A stretch of DNA of 61,974 nt, filler included, from Sphacelaria rigidula (lineage: Eukaryota), in NCBI GenBank assembly GCA_964200075.2. It is 5 parts of 5 records of this genome, joined end to end, with 100 filler letters (N's around TTAATTAATTAA, not from the genome) between each part and the next. Parts side by side here need not be neighbours in the genome. Positions count along the whole stretch, not along the records: positions 12,417 to 24,731 come from CAXNAA020003896.1; positions 24,832 to 37,146 come from CAXNAA020003897.1; 3 more parts are not named here. One strand, written 5' to 3'. A program made the position numbers and the translations under genes. The notes beneath the pieces were generated by a model, which saw only the letters and a list, made by a program, of their open reading frames with translations, did not search any database and was not told the origin of the DNA. Positions 12,994-25,577 of the stretch are shown piece after piece. How positions within the stretch are numbered: position 1 is the stretch's first letter; each line of letters opens with the position of its first letter.

Positions 12994-15328
12994 AAAATCA
13001 TGATCAGGGGCGCTGTAATACGTGAGAGGACCGCGTGCTTAGAGGACTACAGGCATTACAGGCGCGGTCCCTGCAGGGATTGGCAGAACGGTTTCGAAAA
13101 ACATCGATCCTGGAGTGCTTTGAACTCCGATGTGGTCCAAAAAGCACGCGATCCACTCACGCATTATAGTCATGCACAGCTCGGGGTCCACATATATCAA
13201 TCCAGCCCGCACGTGCACAAAACAGGCTCATGTCTCAGAACAGTATCATGTAGAGTACTCGGGGTCAACCACGAGCCACACCCGAGCATTTCCCAGGAGA
13301 ACGTTGACCTGCATGAAGGAAGATCGAAACTTCTCATCTAAATGACCCCAGCAATAAGCCCGAAACAGGACTCATACATGTGGACTATAGTGGCCCGCAA
13401 TGAGCACATGATAATGACAAACTTCGTATCCACGTGATATCTGGTATCAACTGTTTGCCAGCAGAACTCCATCAAAATACCATAGCAATTTTCTCCTGAG
13501 CTGGGTCATCAAACTGACGATAGGCTCGCATAATAAACACGTCTCATCTCTGAATCCTTGCTTAAGCGCCGTTGTACAATGATTTCCGTCGAACACACGG
13601 CCCCGAGCCTCACGCATGACGATAAGCGTGAGCTCGTCGCGCACGATCTCTCGTGACATGGCGATCGACGGAGCAAACTGATCGAGCAATCCCGTTCCAC
13701 TCATGGTCCACAACGATCTTGATCCTTGTGTCACTCACGGCATGAATCATATATGCGTACGCGCGATGTTGCCAAGATGTTTTCGACCCAGACCCATGGG
13801 TTGCTCTTGGAGAATCTTTAGTTGCAAAAACCTAGACGATGTAGTCTATATTCATCGTGCTTGAGTGAAGTCGTTGCAAAATAGCAAACATTTCGAACAT
13901 CTTTGACATGCCGGTGGTGGGACCCGCCTCCCATGTCGGTGGGATGCCATTTCCGGCACCAGGGGGTGATACCGAGGGTTGAGCAGTAGATGAGTCATCT
14001 GGAGGTGTCATTTAGTAGATGATCGTGGGAGGACGGCTATTTAGCGGTGGAAGGCAGCTGCAGAAGAAAGAGGGGAAGCATACTCCTAAATTGTCATGTG
14101 CACTCTTCTTGTGGATATGGACGTCCGTCTGGAATATCCATCTAGGGGCGAACACCCTAGGCGGATTTGATGTCCCGGATGAACATTTCACCTGTACATG
14201 TGAGATGGGTGCCCATCTCAGGTAGTACCCCCCGAATCGTGCCCGCCAATTTAATTTGAAACTTAAGTCTCTACAGTTTACAGGCTTGGTCAGGGTGAAC
14301 ACCCGAAATTCATTCCCCCGCGATCTCACGCGGGTTTTCGGCGTTAGACCCTGAAAACTTGCACATATGTACTTTGTAGTATTGCAAAATTTTCCATGGA
14401 TGGCCTTTCTTATTTTTTTCGCTAGAAATTTGGGGTCCCCAGGGTCCCGGGGGTCTAGGGGGGCATACGGTGCCGTAGAGTCTCGTGAGACGCCGGGTAT
14501 TTGGTGGAAGGATAAATACGTAGAAAGCCTTATCTATGGAAAGTTTTGCATGATCTCATAGCATACACGTGCAACAAAGCAGGGTCAAAATTCAAAACCC
14601 CGCGCACCAAAACGCCCTTATGTGGGGTCCAGTGCAAAATAATATGCTGAAACCCCTAACTACGTTTTAGTATCGAACAAATGCTTTTCTCGTGCGTTCA
14701 GGAGTGCATCGATCGTTTGAGATCAGTTTCCGAGTTACGCAACAACAGTTCGTACAAAAGTTCCTTGGATTACCTCGGGACGAGTTGTATTTATATTTTT
14801 ATCCTGAGGCATCATGTACCGACTTTTAGGGATCCCCACGCCGAGACCCCTGTAAGCCGGTAGCATGCAGACGATTTGTGAAATTCTTCAATGCTTTTTG
14901 TTACATTTGCAGCACACATATCTATTAAACCGCCAAGTTTGAGGATGACCGGAACTTTTCAACGACAGGTATAGCTCGATCCTATAGGACCAGGTTTCAA
15001 ATAGGTTTTATGCGTCAGGTTCCCTAGCTGATAGTGGATACTAAGGTCTAGTTCATAATGAAATTGGCGGGGATTTCTGGTTTTAAAGTTTCGAACAGTT
15101 CGAAGATCCCTGATTGACCGAAGAACAATTTCAGTACTAGCGCCACAGTAAAGGATGCAAGTAAAACTCTGGTCATGCCATACGGTTCGCATGCTCGTGA
15201 GAGTCACTATGGTACCAAAGGTGTTTCTATTGGGTCAGGATTGCGCTCTGTATCCAGTAGGGGAATGCGTTTTGGGCGTCCACCCTGAAGGGGCCTGTAG
15301 CAACACGCAAGAGAGTCACGCTGCCACA

Positions 15329-15378
15329 GGGGAGGGGGGGGGGCGTACTCATTTGTTGCTTGCCTTAGTCGTGTGACC
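15329..15378 (-). mobile_element. LINE family A, extreme 3' end (about 35 bp plus C-tract), tandem with the next copy
   Basis: The plus strand reads (G)n-cgtactcatttgttgcttgccttagtcg, the shared terminus of family A. Confidence 0.75.
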
Positions 15379-15379
15379 C

Positions 15380-15830
15380 GGGGGGGGGGGGGGGGGAACG
15401 TACTTATTTGTTGCTTGCCTCACGTAGTCGTTCGACCATTGATCACGCACCCCTCTCGAGGCGGAGCACCGTTCCTAATCCTAATAGAGACGCCTCCAAT
15501 ATTTAGGTGCACACTAGGTTTTTTCCATACATTAAACAAAATATTTCACATATGTTGTCCCCGTTCTGTTTCGCCGTCTGTGGTCACCACCATTTATCTC
15601 CTAGTGTAGCCATCGTTCTCTCGCTACTGTTTGATGCATCAAACGATTGCATGCCACCTTCGTTTACGTCCCGCATTTCCTCCTCTAGCACGTCCCGTTC
15701 CTCCTTGCATAGTTCACATTCTGTCACTATATTTACTTCTTTCGCCGCGTCCACTGGACCATGAACATATGCTCTCATCCCGATCCCCTCTCTCAAGCCC
15801 CCGTATATCTTCGGGTGTTCTTTCTAGTCG
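15380..15830 (-). mobile_element. 5'-truncated LINE (family A) ORF2 C-terminus with internal deletion
   Basis: Minus-strand translation HPKIYGGLREGIGMRAYVHGPVDAAK..IVTECELCKEERDVLEEEMRDVNEGG..LGDKWW aligns with the 49733-50160 copy. It ends in a poly-C tract. Confidence 0.8.
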
Positions 15831-16399
15831 ACTTTGCGTCTGAGAGCTCATTTTCCCCTTATTTCTATTATGTCTCTTACTTTTGTCTTGTACACGCGCA
15901 ACACGCGCCGTTACCCTGGCGTGTCTGGGAGGCTGTGCCTACGAGGGCACTCCAGAAGAATGAGATTGTTGTAAAGGCTGACAACTGAAACTGAGGCCAG
16001 AAAGACTGGGGAGTCCCTCAACAGCAGGGATCCAACAGTACTTCCACTAGCTGGCGTCACAATATCGATATTAGTGCTAGTGCTAGTGTTAGTGCTAGAA
16101 ATCTGCTGAAAAGTATTTCGGTGGAGTGAGTCTGGCAGCTCGGGACAACCTGACATCACGGACGCGTGGCGGGGGTTCAAGCTGGCGGTGGCTGCAGAAA
16201 GGCGGCTGGCCTACGATTGATCCAGACTGGAGACTTGCAGAAGCTGCGTCCAGCGGGAGTTTGGAGGCTCCTACGACGGTGTGGTGCGGCGACGAAGCAA
16301 GGAAAGTGCAATTCGAGAAGGTCCGCTGGCCTGCGGAGGTTCGCAGGTAGCCGGTTACAGCTACAGCTATGGCTACCAGCTCACGAGGTACGTCGACCA

Positions 16400-16556
16400 T
16401 GACACCCGTGGTCATGCGGAATAATTGCGACCTTCCCGATACGGGGACAGGTACTCAGAGAGTGCATCTCGCACTTTTTACACGAGATATTTGGAATACA
16501 AGAAGCGTGTGGAGCACGCTAATGGAGGGGGTGCCGTGCGACATCAGGTGGTGACT
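16400..16556 (+). mobile_element. Possible LTR-retrotransposon gag-like fragment
   Basis: Frame-broken coding-like stretch YGDRYSESASRTFYTRYLEYKKRVEHANGGGAVRHQVVT in a TE-dense block with no splice support. The family assignment comes from recall only. Confidence 0.35.
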
Positions 16557-17206
16557 CTACCGTATCGTCCATCATCGCATTTCACCACTAACATACTTTC
16601 GTCTCCAACACCCACGGTGAAAGCCCCCATCGGAAATATCCTCCAGATCGTCACCATCGCCTACACCGACGCTACCGCTGCCAACAGCTCTGGACACTAC
16701 TCCACGCTCTGCACCCCCCATCCATCCCACCCTGTCTCCCAAACCCGCCTTAACCTCCCTACATTTTCCATACTTGAAGCCAGCCCGACCAACGATCGCT
16801 ACTGTCGCACTTCCGCCTCCCGATATATCTATGTTGCCCGATTCTCCAGTCCGCGCCGGACTACCGAGATTCCTGCAGAACGCCGCGCTCATCCCTTCGT
16901 GTATTTCCCGCCTGTCCACGGCTGGTGGGCGATCAGAGTTCATTGATATCGCACAAGCGCGCTCATCCCCGGCGAATAATTCGCTGTTGTCCCCTGTTGT
17001 GTTTCCCGCATCATCGGCAGCGCCGTCTCTACAACCAAGTTGTTACAAAACCCGAGGAAATGGGAGGGGGGGGGGGGGGGGGGATTAAAAAATGGGGAGG
17101 GCAGCCAGGCGGGGGGGGCGGGGAAACGGGGTGCGTGTTGGGGANNNNNNNNNNTGTCGTTCCCGCTAACAAAACATCGCACTCGCTAACCGTGGGGACA
17201 GCCTAT

Positions 17207-17237
<31 letters not shown>

Positions 17238-17437
17238 ATTATCAACGTGTGCGGCGATACAGCCTGAGGTGGCTGTAAAACCTGGTGCTGGTTGAGACGA
17301 AACTTTTCCTGTGACACTCACGTACACCAGGTACGTGACATGTGCCAATTCTGAAATGGGTGTGTCGTCGCTAACAACAGCTTTGAAACAAATCATCTGG
17401 CAATATTCCGGATGTCGTAGAGGAGTAAGAGAGACAT

Positions 17438-17757
17438 AGAGGGGAGGTGTACTCACGATCTTGTATGCCGTAGTCATATATGAGACCATTGACCTCGCAT
17501 CCCGACTAAGCTGGGACGGAGCACGCCGGATTCTCGCCGGACCGGGCTTGCAATCAACCACCGAGCGCGAAGCGCCGTGATGTGTCCGACGATTCGCATG
17601 AAGGGTGAGCTGCATCCTACTAACGTTGTTCGGCCCCAAGCCTACTGATCATCTTGCGTTTGGATAACAGCCTTCAATGAGTTGCTTCATTTTCAGGTAT
17701 GGCCACTTCCAGGGACAGCCACGGCTTGCACTGCCTCATGGGTGTCTCACCATAGAC
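17438..17757 (-). mobile_element. LINE-like family B 3' fragment (about 310 bp)
   Basis: Plus strand G-rich-tgtactcacgatcttgtatgccgtagtcata..gaccattgacctcgcatccc..ggagcacgccgg..cgccggacc aligns over about 300 bp with 19905-20240. Confidence 0.75.
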
Positions 17758-17833
17758 AGGAGGGGGGGAGGGGGAGGGAGGTCGTGATCGTCTTCTCGAA
17801 ACGTCGTATCCTACGGTTCCGTACATCTAAATG

Positions 17834-18431
17834 ATTCGTCTGTCCCATCAGTAAAGTCCGTTATGGGGGATAGGCCGTACCTCGCCAACGGAGGTGCTTA
17901 CGATGTTATGGCTAGGTTCGTTGAAATGTATAGTTGTGGATATGGCCACTGGGAAAAACAAAAACAAAATAATCGACCTACAACATTAGAACCGTTGGGT
18001 CAAACATGGTCAAATTTCGACCAAATTTCGCCAGTCTGTACATTGTCGGCCGAATTTCGACGAATTTGGCTTGTTTTAAAAGTAATTGAAGGCTTCAATG
18101 TAAACGAGTGGTTTTGGACTAGGCGTAGCTATCGTATGCCAGCGATGAACCGGAGAAAAAGAGCCAGCTATACTTAATTTTCGCGATTTTTGCTGTTTTT
18201 CGGGTTTCCAGGGTTCTGACGTGGAGAAGGGGCGAAACATGGCCACTTTCGAGTCGGCTGATCGTTTATCGGCCATTCGCGCACGCTGGCTGCTGCGCAA
18301 ACAGGAAAGAAAAAAGACGCCTTTCAACTGAAAAAGAACTGAAGATTGAAGAGATATGTATCGCCCACGGCATTCAACACAGTTGAGGGTCCGTGTGATC
18401 ATAACGGGCTTTACTTATGGGACAGAGGAAG
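17834..18431. mobile_element. MITE with about 30-bp TIRs, Stowaway/Tc1-mariner-like
   Basis: Left tctgtcccatcagtaaagtccgttatg versus right cataacgggctttacttatgggacagaggaag followed by TA. The left terminus is degenerate. Confidence 0.6.
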
Positions 18432-18848
18432 TATACATATACCGTTCAAAAGAGGGATCTCAGGGTCCCCTCAGGGATGACAACTTTCAGTTTTAACGGT
18501 AGCGATTACATCGCGTAGAAATAGACGGTAGATACATCCTGCGCCGCTTTATCTACGCAGTATCCGCGCAAATGCCGTTCCCCCCTGAACCTGCACTTCC
18601 TTGGGCACAACACACTCCACGTGCTACAACACATTTGGCAAAGGCAGGCTAAGAGGCGTTACTCCTCGACAAAAAGCGGGTTTAACGCTTTACAATTCAT
18701 CTAAAATACATATATTTTCCTCCTTCAGGGTGTTGAATCGATACCGGAGATTATAGGACATGATCAACCGCGGGTGCACCATTCCCAGGAACCACCAACA
18801 AAATATTGCCTACTTCGTACCCCCCCTCTGAGCCGTAGATCCACTCAC

Positions 18849-21800
18849 GTAGCTTCGCCGTATTTGCTCGCCACAACTTCATCCCGAGCAGTCATTGGGT
18901 TGCTCACTGCGTCTGCCCCTCCTCGTCCTGCAACCCCGATGACATTAGCATCGCGACTCATCGGGTAAGGGTCAAGTCGACGCCTAACATTGCCGTCCCC
19001 GCAGCTGCCACCAGCAGTTAGTGTTTGACTCTCGCTATTGCCGCCGAGGTTAACCTCGACACTCTTACGGTGCTCACCCTCTCTTCTGAGCCATCCTCCA
19101 CTCAACTCTTTGTGCCCCGGTCGCGGTTCATGCTTGTTCCTTGCAGGAAATATATCCTGCGTGGCACTAGCACTGTTGCGAATATCATCGATACCGCCGG
19201 AGTGACCGGTACGACTGTTGTCGCGCCAGCCGCCGTCGGCGGTGCTGTGGTAGTGCGTTGCAGTCGTACTCTGGCGTCGTCGTTGTTGTTCCGGAGATGA
19301 TGTAGGTGATCGTCGCGGCCGGCGGTGGTGAAGCACGGCCGTAGATCGGAGCAGACGGGATAAGTGCATTTCTTCGGCATCGGTTAGCCCTTCTCCTCGG
19401 CGTCTTCCTCTACCCTGCCCGTCGCCGAAATAACAGCCACCGCATCCGTTGCTGCAGCTCAAGCTGCTGCTGCTACTCTTGCTGAATTGCAAAAGATCGT
19501 CGCAGCTACGATGTCGGCGCATGCGAACCGTCGGCGTTGCTGCTCCTGAAGAACCCCGTACACTGCCCGTATTCCCGCCCACCAGGGTAGTGGTCATCAC
19601 CGGCGTTCGCGTAGGCGTACGGAGACCGAAGGCATCCGAATCGACGGGGTCGGCGAGCGATTCCGGCGCACAACACCCCTGAGAACTCCACAAAGACGAG
19701 CCGTGAACATTCGCATTGCTAGGTCCTCTGTGATCGACGAAGCAACCGGTGCAGTTTTCTCTAGTAGTGGTGTAGTGAGGGTGGCCAGGTACCGGAGAGT
19801 GAGGCAGGAAAGTGTCTCCGGTACAGGGGAGTTGAGCACGTAGGTGGCTGATGTGAGCTTCTACTTTTCCTAGGATCTGTGGGCAGGAGAAGGAGCGCAA
19901 CGTGGGGGCGGGGAAGGAGGGGGGCGGGGAGGGGGGTGTACCAAAGATCTTGCATGCCGTAGGCGTCAGATCATTGACCTCGCATTCCTTCAAAGCTGTG
20001 ATGGAGCGCGCCGGGTTTTCGCCGGGCCAGGCTCGCAACTACTGAGCACGAATCGTCGTGATATGTTCGGCGAGTTGCACGAAGGGTGACCTACATCATG
20101 CTAAGATTCTTCGACCCGAAGTGTACTGGTTGTCATCTCACATATGAATGACAGCCTCGAATGGGTTGCTTCATTTTCTGATATTGCCAATCCTGGAGAC
20201 AGCCGCGGGTTACACTGCCTCGTGGGTGTCTCTCCAGATCAACACAAGGTAGTACGATCATCCCCTTTCACGCGGGGTCGGGTTTTTCCATCACGTACAA
20301 CATTATCTAGCTCGACAAACATCATGGTTACAGGAAAAAAAAACGTCAGCGAAGGAAAAATGTGACCAGATTGCCTAGCTTGCGCAGTGAGTGGCGTGTT
20401 TTACAGTATCGTTGCCAACCGACCCCAACCCTCCAAATGGAAGCGGGGGAGGGGAGGGGGGGGTAGTTCACTCGTGTATGCATACAGAACATGTTGTGAC
20501 CGTCACTATTAGGGTAAAGATAACGTCGTTTTTTTTCCTGATGAGTTGGATTTTCCTTTCGATGTGATTTCCATCGTCGGAAGCATGAGTTCGCGAGTAA
20601 AACAAAAAGTAGCTGGCTGAGTTTGTTCGACGAGAGCTGACGAGGTGCATGAGTGCTAATGGTCATGATCCAATCCGCGAAAATAAAATGCAAGGCGTGT
20701 ACCGGTGAAAAGATGGGTTGATCCCTTGAGACCACGGACTCGTCCCGGGGAAGGCGGGGGTTCCAAGTGCGACAAATAAAAAAGAAAATAACAAAACATA
20801 AATATTACAATGTGACGCTTTGTACTTCAGTCTGTGATCGGCGGTGCATTGCATTATTAGTTTAAATTTGTATCGTGTCGGTACCTCGTTGCGGGTCACG
20901 ATGGTTGCTTGGTGCATCACCTTGCTTCTTCACGTTGTAAGGGAATTGTGACTCTTCAGGAGTCATGGCTTTTTCACGGAAACGGAGCCAGCGCAACGTT
21001 TCAGTTTGATCGTTACCGGTGATCCACGACGAATAGATCTATGTACACCGAATATATGAACATCAGCAGTGAGGTACACCATATGTGGTAATGCTGCATA
21101 TCCCTACGCGGACTCCAACCGCTCAAAATCCGAGCAAGTAGGTGTATGAACATCATGAGGACTCTCCAACATCAATAGACGCTAGTGCCCATCGGGTACA
21201 TACCTCCGATGCTCCAAGGGGGCTGATTCCCCTCGGTAAACCCATGGCGCACACAGGGGTAAGTGAGTAAACAAGACATTGGGTTTTAAAGGGCTAAGGT
21301 GTCACCCGGCGCAGTTCCAGTTGTTTTTGCATACACATGCACGGTTCTATACTGGAGACGTTCCTCCGGGTATTTTCAGGTAAAATGCTTCTTCATCCCT
21401 GTCCTATTAATAGCCGTAGGCTTCCAAATCAAAGGTCCCCAGTGGATAGTAAACCGGTTGCTCTCGCACACAAACACTAGACCTAACTTCATCTTAATAT
21501 CGTCATCTTCCATTTTGGCCCGACAACTTGATGCTCCAGAATGTTCCGTGGCGTTGGTAGATATATCGCTCAACTGCACGGCCTCTTCGGGACCCCCGTA
21601 AAAATCTCAGTGCCATTTTCTGACACGGGCAAAAATTCCACTATACTACTACTGCACGGGGGGTGTTTCGCTGGGGCACGTCGACAAACAATGACGCGAG
21701 TGGACGTATGATCTGTCCCGGTGACGGTAAAGTACCCAACTGGACATCCCCTACAAACTATGAAACGAGTCGATAGAAGAGCGATGTCAGTCTCATTTAC

Positions 21801-24578
21801 TACGCTGTTTTGCTGCTCTCAGCAATATAAACATATATATATATAGTCATCACTGGCTGTACATCGGTACAAGCGCTGTAAAATGACCGCACACATACGC
21901 AGACACCCACCTCGGCGTGTACAGGCATACATTTGTCATTTTCCATTGTTTCGGTGGCCGATTCACCAGTCCCGGCGTGACCGGAGAATCGCACTGTGTT
22001 TCTCCGCGTTCCTGCACCTTCATACTTCCTCGTACGGGGCTGTACATTTGCTGCAGGCTTCTCAGCTGCAGACTTCTCAGCGTGGATGGCGTCCTTCTTC
22101 ATTTGCTCCACGTCTGCTCGGAGGCTCCGGTTTTCGATGGCAAGTTTTTCCGCCACGGTCTTCAAAAATGCACCACATCCCGAGTACGCGAAACGGAGCA
22201 GAGTTAGGCGTGCTACAAGACCAACCGGCCTTGAAAAAACAAAAATCAAAATGCGACATGCGCGGGGATAAACCTCGCGACGGAACATTGATAAATTGCA
22301 ATCAGGCTGAGAGGGCTGGCATGTCGTCAGAGGGGAGTCGTCAGAGGGGGAGATTTACGACCGCGATAGTACTGTGGACTGAAGCATGTCAAGGCAGCGA
22401 GGGTTGGTTCCTCCACAGTCGATCGGTCCCCTTAAAATGCGGCACCCATGCATATTGCGGTCGAAATTGCACGTCACAAGTCCGATCCCCCGTACTCTTC
22501 TCAAGATACTGCGCTACCCACTGTACCGGTGTACTTCGTACGGGGTCAGAGTCGTCACGTCGGGGTGGCAACCCAACGGCGAGAACAACGTGGCGTTTCC
22601 TCGAACGACCCGTCCACGGTTGTTATCGTCGCAGCGATCGCCTGCACCAATCGCGCAAAAGATAAGAGACGTAAGGGGCCGTCCGTAGCGGCAGCACATA
22701 TTACGGAAAATTTAGGGTCACGAAAATTCCCCGCAAAAGTACGCAAGGGACGCTTTTGGCCCCCACCTTCGGTGAATAGTATTTCTATTATAGCAACTAC
22801 TATAGCAAGAATGCTCTCTAGGTACCCCAAGGATTTGTACTGCTGGAAGAACTATATATCGGGCACGTGGGCTCCATATCTCCGCGAAATTATATGATAA
22901 TTCCGCACTCTCGCTGCCACCGGAAACGAACCCGATCGACTGGCGCTTTCATAGTAGGTACAATAATGGCGATGATTGGAAAACGTAATGTCGGGCAGAG
23001 TAAAACGTAGCTGTTGTAGGCGTCCAATTTGGGATACCCAGCTCACCGGCGACGATCTACTAGGCAACTACAGCTGCTACACAATATACGGCGAGGCTGA
23101 TCGTGGGCACAAGGATCGATGAGGAGTGAGAGAAATGTAGGACAAAAAGACTGCAGCACCCCGCGAGAGTAAATGCGATTGCCCTGAGAAAGCCGATGAG
23201 CAATACTGTGGTTGGGGTGCACTTTTTGCGCAAAATCTCGTCCGGTTCAGGTGCTCCTATCGACTGTAGATGCGCAAGAATATGGGTCAGGGCATCCCAG
23301 TCTGCAAATTCATTCGAGATTATCCCTAGCACATTGGAATGGTAATCCCGGCGCACTCCCACACATCTCACAAGTCGTGTTGTGGATAAGATAAAGGGTT
23401 CCTAACTAGTTTAACCTCAGAAAATAGTTTTGCACCCCTACCGTCGCATCACTCCGATTTCCAGTGTCGAAGCATGACGGCGTGAGTAGCTGACTGGGAA
23501 ATAGGTGATAGACGAGGGGATGCGGGAGAGAATGCTGATCGATTCTCGATAGTACACTGAACACTGTCCACTATGTCCCGACACATTCACACACATACGC
23601 ACAGGGAGAGACAGGTACAGGGACAGAGAGAGACACAAAGAAACAGAGAGACGGGGAGAGAGGAGTGCAGTGGGAGTGTACTCATTATCTTGCATGCCGT
23701 AGTCCTATGACTATTGACCTCGCATCCCTGCAAAGCCGAGACGGGACATGCCGGGTATTCGCCGGACCAGCGTGGGGGTGGGAGGGGGAGTCGATCCGTT
23801 GAGACTGCGGGTTCGTTCGAGGGAGGTTAGGGTCGAGAGTTGAGAGTATAACAAAAATAATCAGCTATTTCGTGGTTTGGGTTTCTGTCTTCGACGCCGA
23901 TGTCAAAAGCGCCAACAGACACGGATACGGGACATGACGCAAGAGAAAAAAGAAAAAACAGTCAAAGGAACAACAGAGAGGCGTGGGGGAGCGGGCGGGG
24001 GGGGGGGGGGGGGGGCAGGCAGCATAGAACGAGAACGTAGAAATGAACAAAGAACAACACGTACAGACACAACGGGTGAACTAGAGGAGAGTGGCGACAA
24101 TGCACCATTGTCTTCGTTCATTGCAAAAGTTGTAAGACTGCCGTGTGACTTCGTGAATCCCCATCCCCATGGGAAGACGGCGGTGCTTTCAGTCAAGCCG
24201 TGGCTAGCCTCACCACTATTCTCGTACCTATACACCATACACCACTAAGTTGGCAAGAGAGAGATAATAAGTGTGGCTCACACTTCATAGTGGCGTGCGT
24301 TTATAGCGTCGCATCGCGGTTTGCAAGTACACGCTCAAAGGGGCGGGGCGGAGATAAGCTGCACTCGCAAAAGCAACGGTTGAGAGAGTGGTGAAAGCTT
24401 GCTGGAACCCGTATTGAGTAACGACACATTGACTTAAGCGTACGAAAACATCGACGATGAAGGAAGGCCACTGGGTACGGCGGGGGGAAGAAAAGTTTCT
24501 TACCCTGTATCTGTCGGCCTCGACCCTAATGCCGGCCAGCTCTGCGTGCCGTCTGGCCTCCACCTCCACAACTGCCGT
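18849..24578 (-). CDS. Partial multi-exon gene, coiled-coil plus low-complexity hypothetical protein
   Basis: Candidate exons 24578-24504 (TAVVEVEARRHAELAGIRVEADRYR), 22159-21911 (TVAEKLAIENRSLRADVEQMKK..) and 19876-18849 (long Ser/Arg/Gly-rich) join in phase 0 with GT donors. Start and stop were not located. Confidence 0.55.
19905..20240 (-). mobile_element. LINE-like family B 3' fragment
   Basis: A G-tract followed by tgtaccaaagatcttgcatgccgtagg..cattgacctcgcattcc..cgccgggttttcgccggg, homologous to 17438-17757. Confidence 0.75.
23670..23771 (-). mobile_element. LINE-like family B 3' fragment (about 95 bp)
   Basis: gtgtactcattatcttgcatgccgtagtcctatgactattgacctcgcatccctgcaaag..gccggaccag. 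Confidence 0.75.
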
Positions 24579-24623
24579 CTTCGGTGATGTTCATGGGCAG
24601 GTTTCCAAGCACACGATGAACCG

Positions 24624-24731
24624 GCGGGGGGGCGTGTACCCATGATAATGCATACCATAGTCATAAGACCATCGACCTTGCATCCCTACAAAGTCGGGAC
24701 AGAGCACGCCGGGTTTTCGCCGGACCAGGCT
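24624..24731 (-). mobile_element. LINE-like family B 3' fragment at contig end
   Basis: ggggggcgtgtacccatgat..gaccatcgaccttgcatccctacaaag..cgccgggttttcgccggaccaggct. Confidence 0.7.
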
Positions 24732-24831
24732 NNNNNNNNNNNNNNNNNNNNNNNNNNNNNNNNNNNNNNNNNNNNTTAATTAATTAANNNNNNNNNNNNN
24801 NNNNNNNNNNNNNNNNNNNNNNNNNNNNNNN
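24732..24831. other. Artificial spacer
   Basis: N-run/TTAATTAATTAA/N-run, 100 bp. Confidence 0.98.
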
Positions 24832-24904
24832 GGATGCGTGGTCAATGGTCAAATGACTAAGGCAAGCAACAAATGAGTACGCCCCTTCTCTCCCCCCCGC
24901 CCCC
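24832..24904 (+). mobile_element. LINE family A 3' end at contig start
   Basis: ggatgcgtggtcaatggtcaaatgactaaggcaagcaacaaatgagtacg followed by a C-rich tract; it reads GCVVNGQMTKASNK*. Confidence 0.8.
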
Positions 24905-25577
24905 AAATAAAAAAAGTGGCTGGTTTGAAGAGGCAAAATGTCGACCTCAGTCCGAATGAAAAGGCCGAGCACGACGACCAGCTGGGAAAGTGTTTCGAAT
25001 GACCGACAGAAAAAGAACGTGCTGAGAAAGATTTCTCAGAGTACACTCATCTCGTAACAATGTCCGGGTTGGTGAGTATCCGCCCATGAGCGATACCAGG
25101 GGACACGAAATGCGATATGGATGTCGAGTTTTTATAACGGCCGCCAAAAAGGACAAACTTTCGGCAGTTGTCGTGTCAGGGTCGTCTGATCACCTATTTC
25201 ATGAAACTCGGGACCCTTGAACCGGGCATCTACCCGTCACGGGCACATGTTGACTACAAAAAAGTACAAAGGGCATGTTGGGGGTAGGGTATTCCTAAAA
25301 AGACCCAAAATCTGAGTAGATCTTCGAGGTTGTCCGTAACACCCAGGTTTGGGGGACAGTAATGCGATCTGTACCGGATTGTGGGGAGTTCTTGTCATCT
25401 ACTTGACCATCGCAACACAACACTCCGAAAAATCAGTACCAACGTTTTCACCTCACTCTACACACCCTCGAAGAGTACGTACAGATTGATGCGTGTACAT
25501 ACAAGTATCAACATATATTCATCGACGATAATTCTCCCATCCACGACACCCTATATTCGCGTACGGCTGAGACTCAC

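Noticed and set aside
15380-16556. G-tract + TGTA/CGTA repeats read as the polypurine tract and LTR start of an LTR retrotransposon
   Set aside because: The opposite strand encodes a LINE-type ORF2 C-terminus with a CCHC knuckle, and copies are truncated at variable points, which fits non-LTR 3' ends better.
25433-25525. Second possible C/D snoRNA in the RPL23a downstream intron (CGATGA..CTGA)
   Set aside because: No terminal stem and no rRNA-complementary guide recognised.
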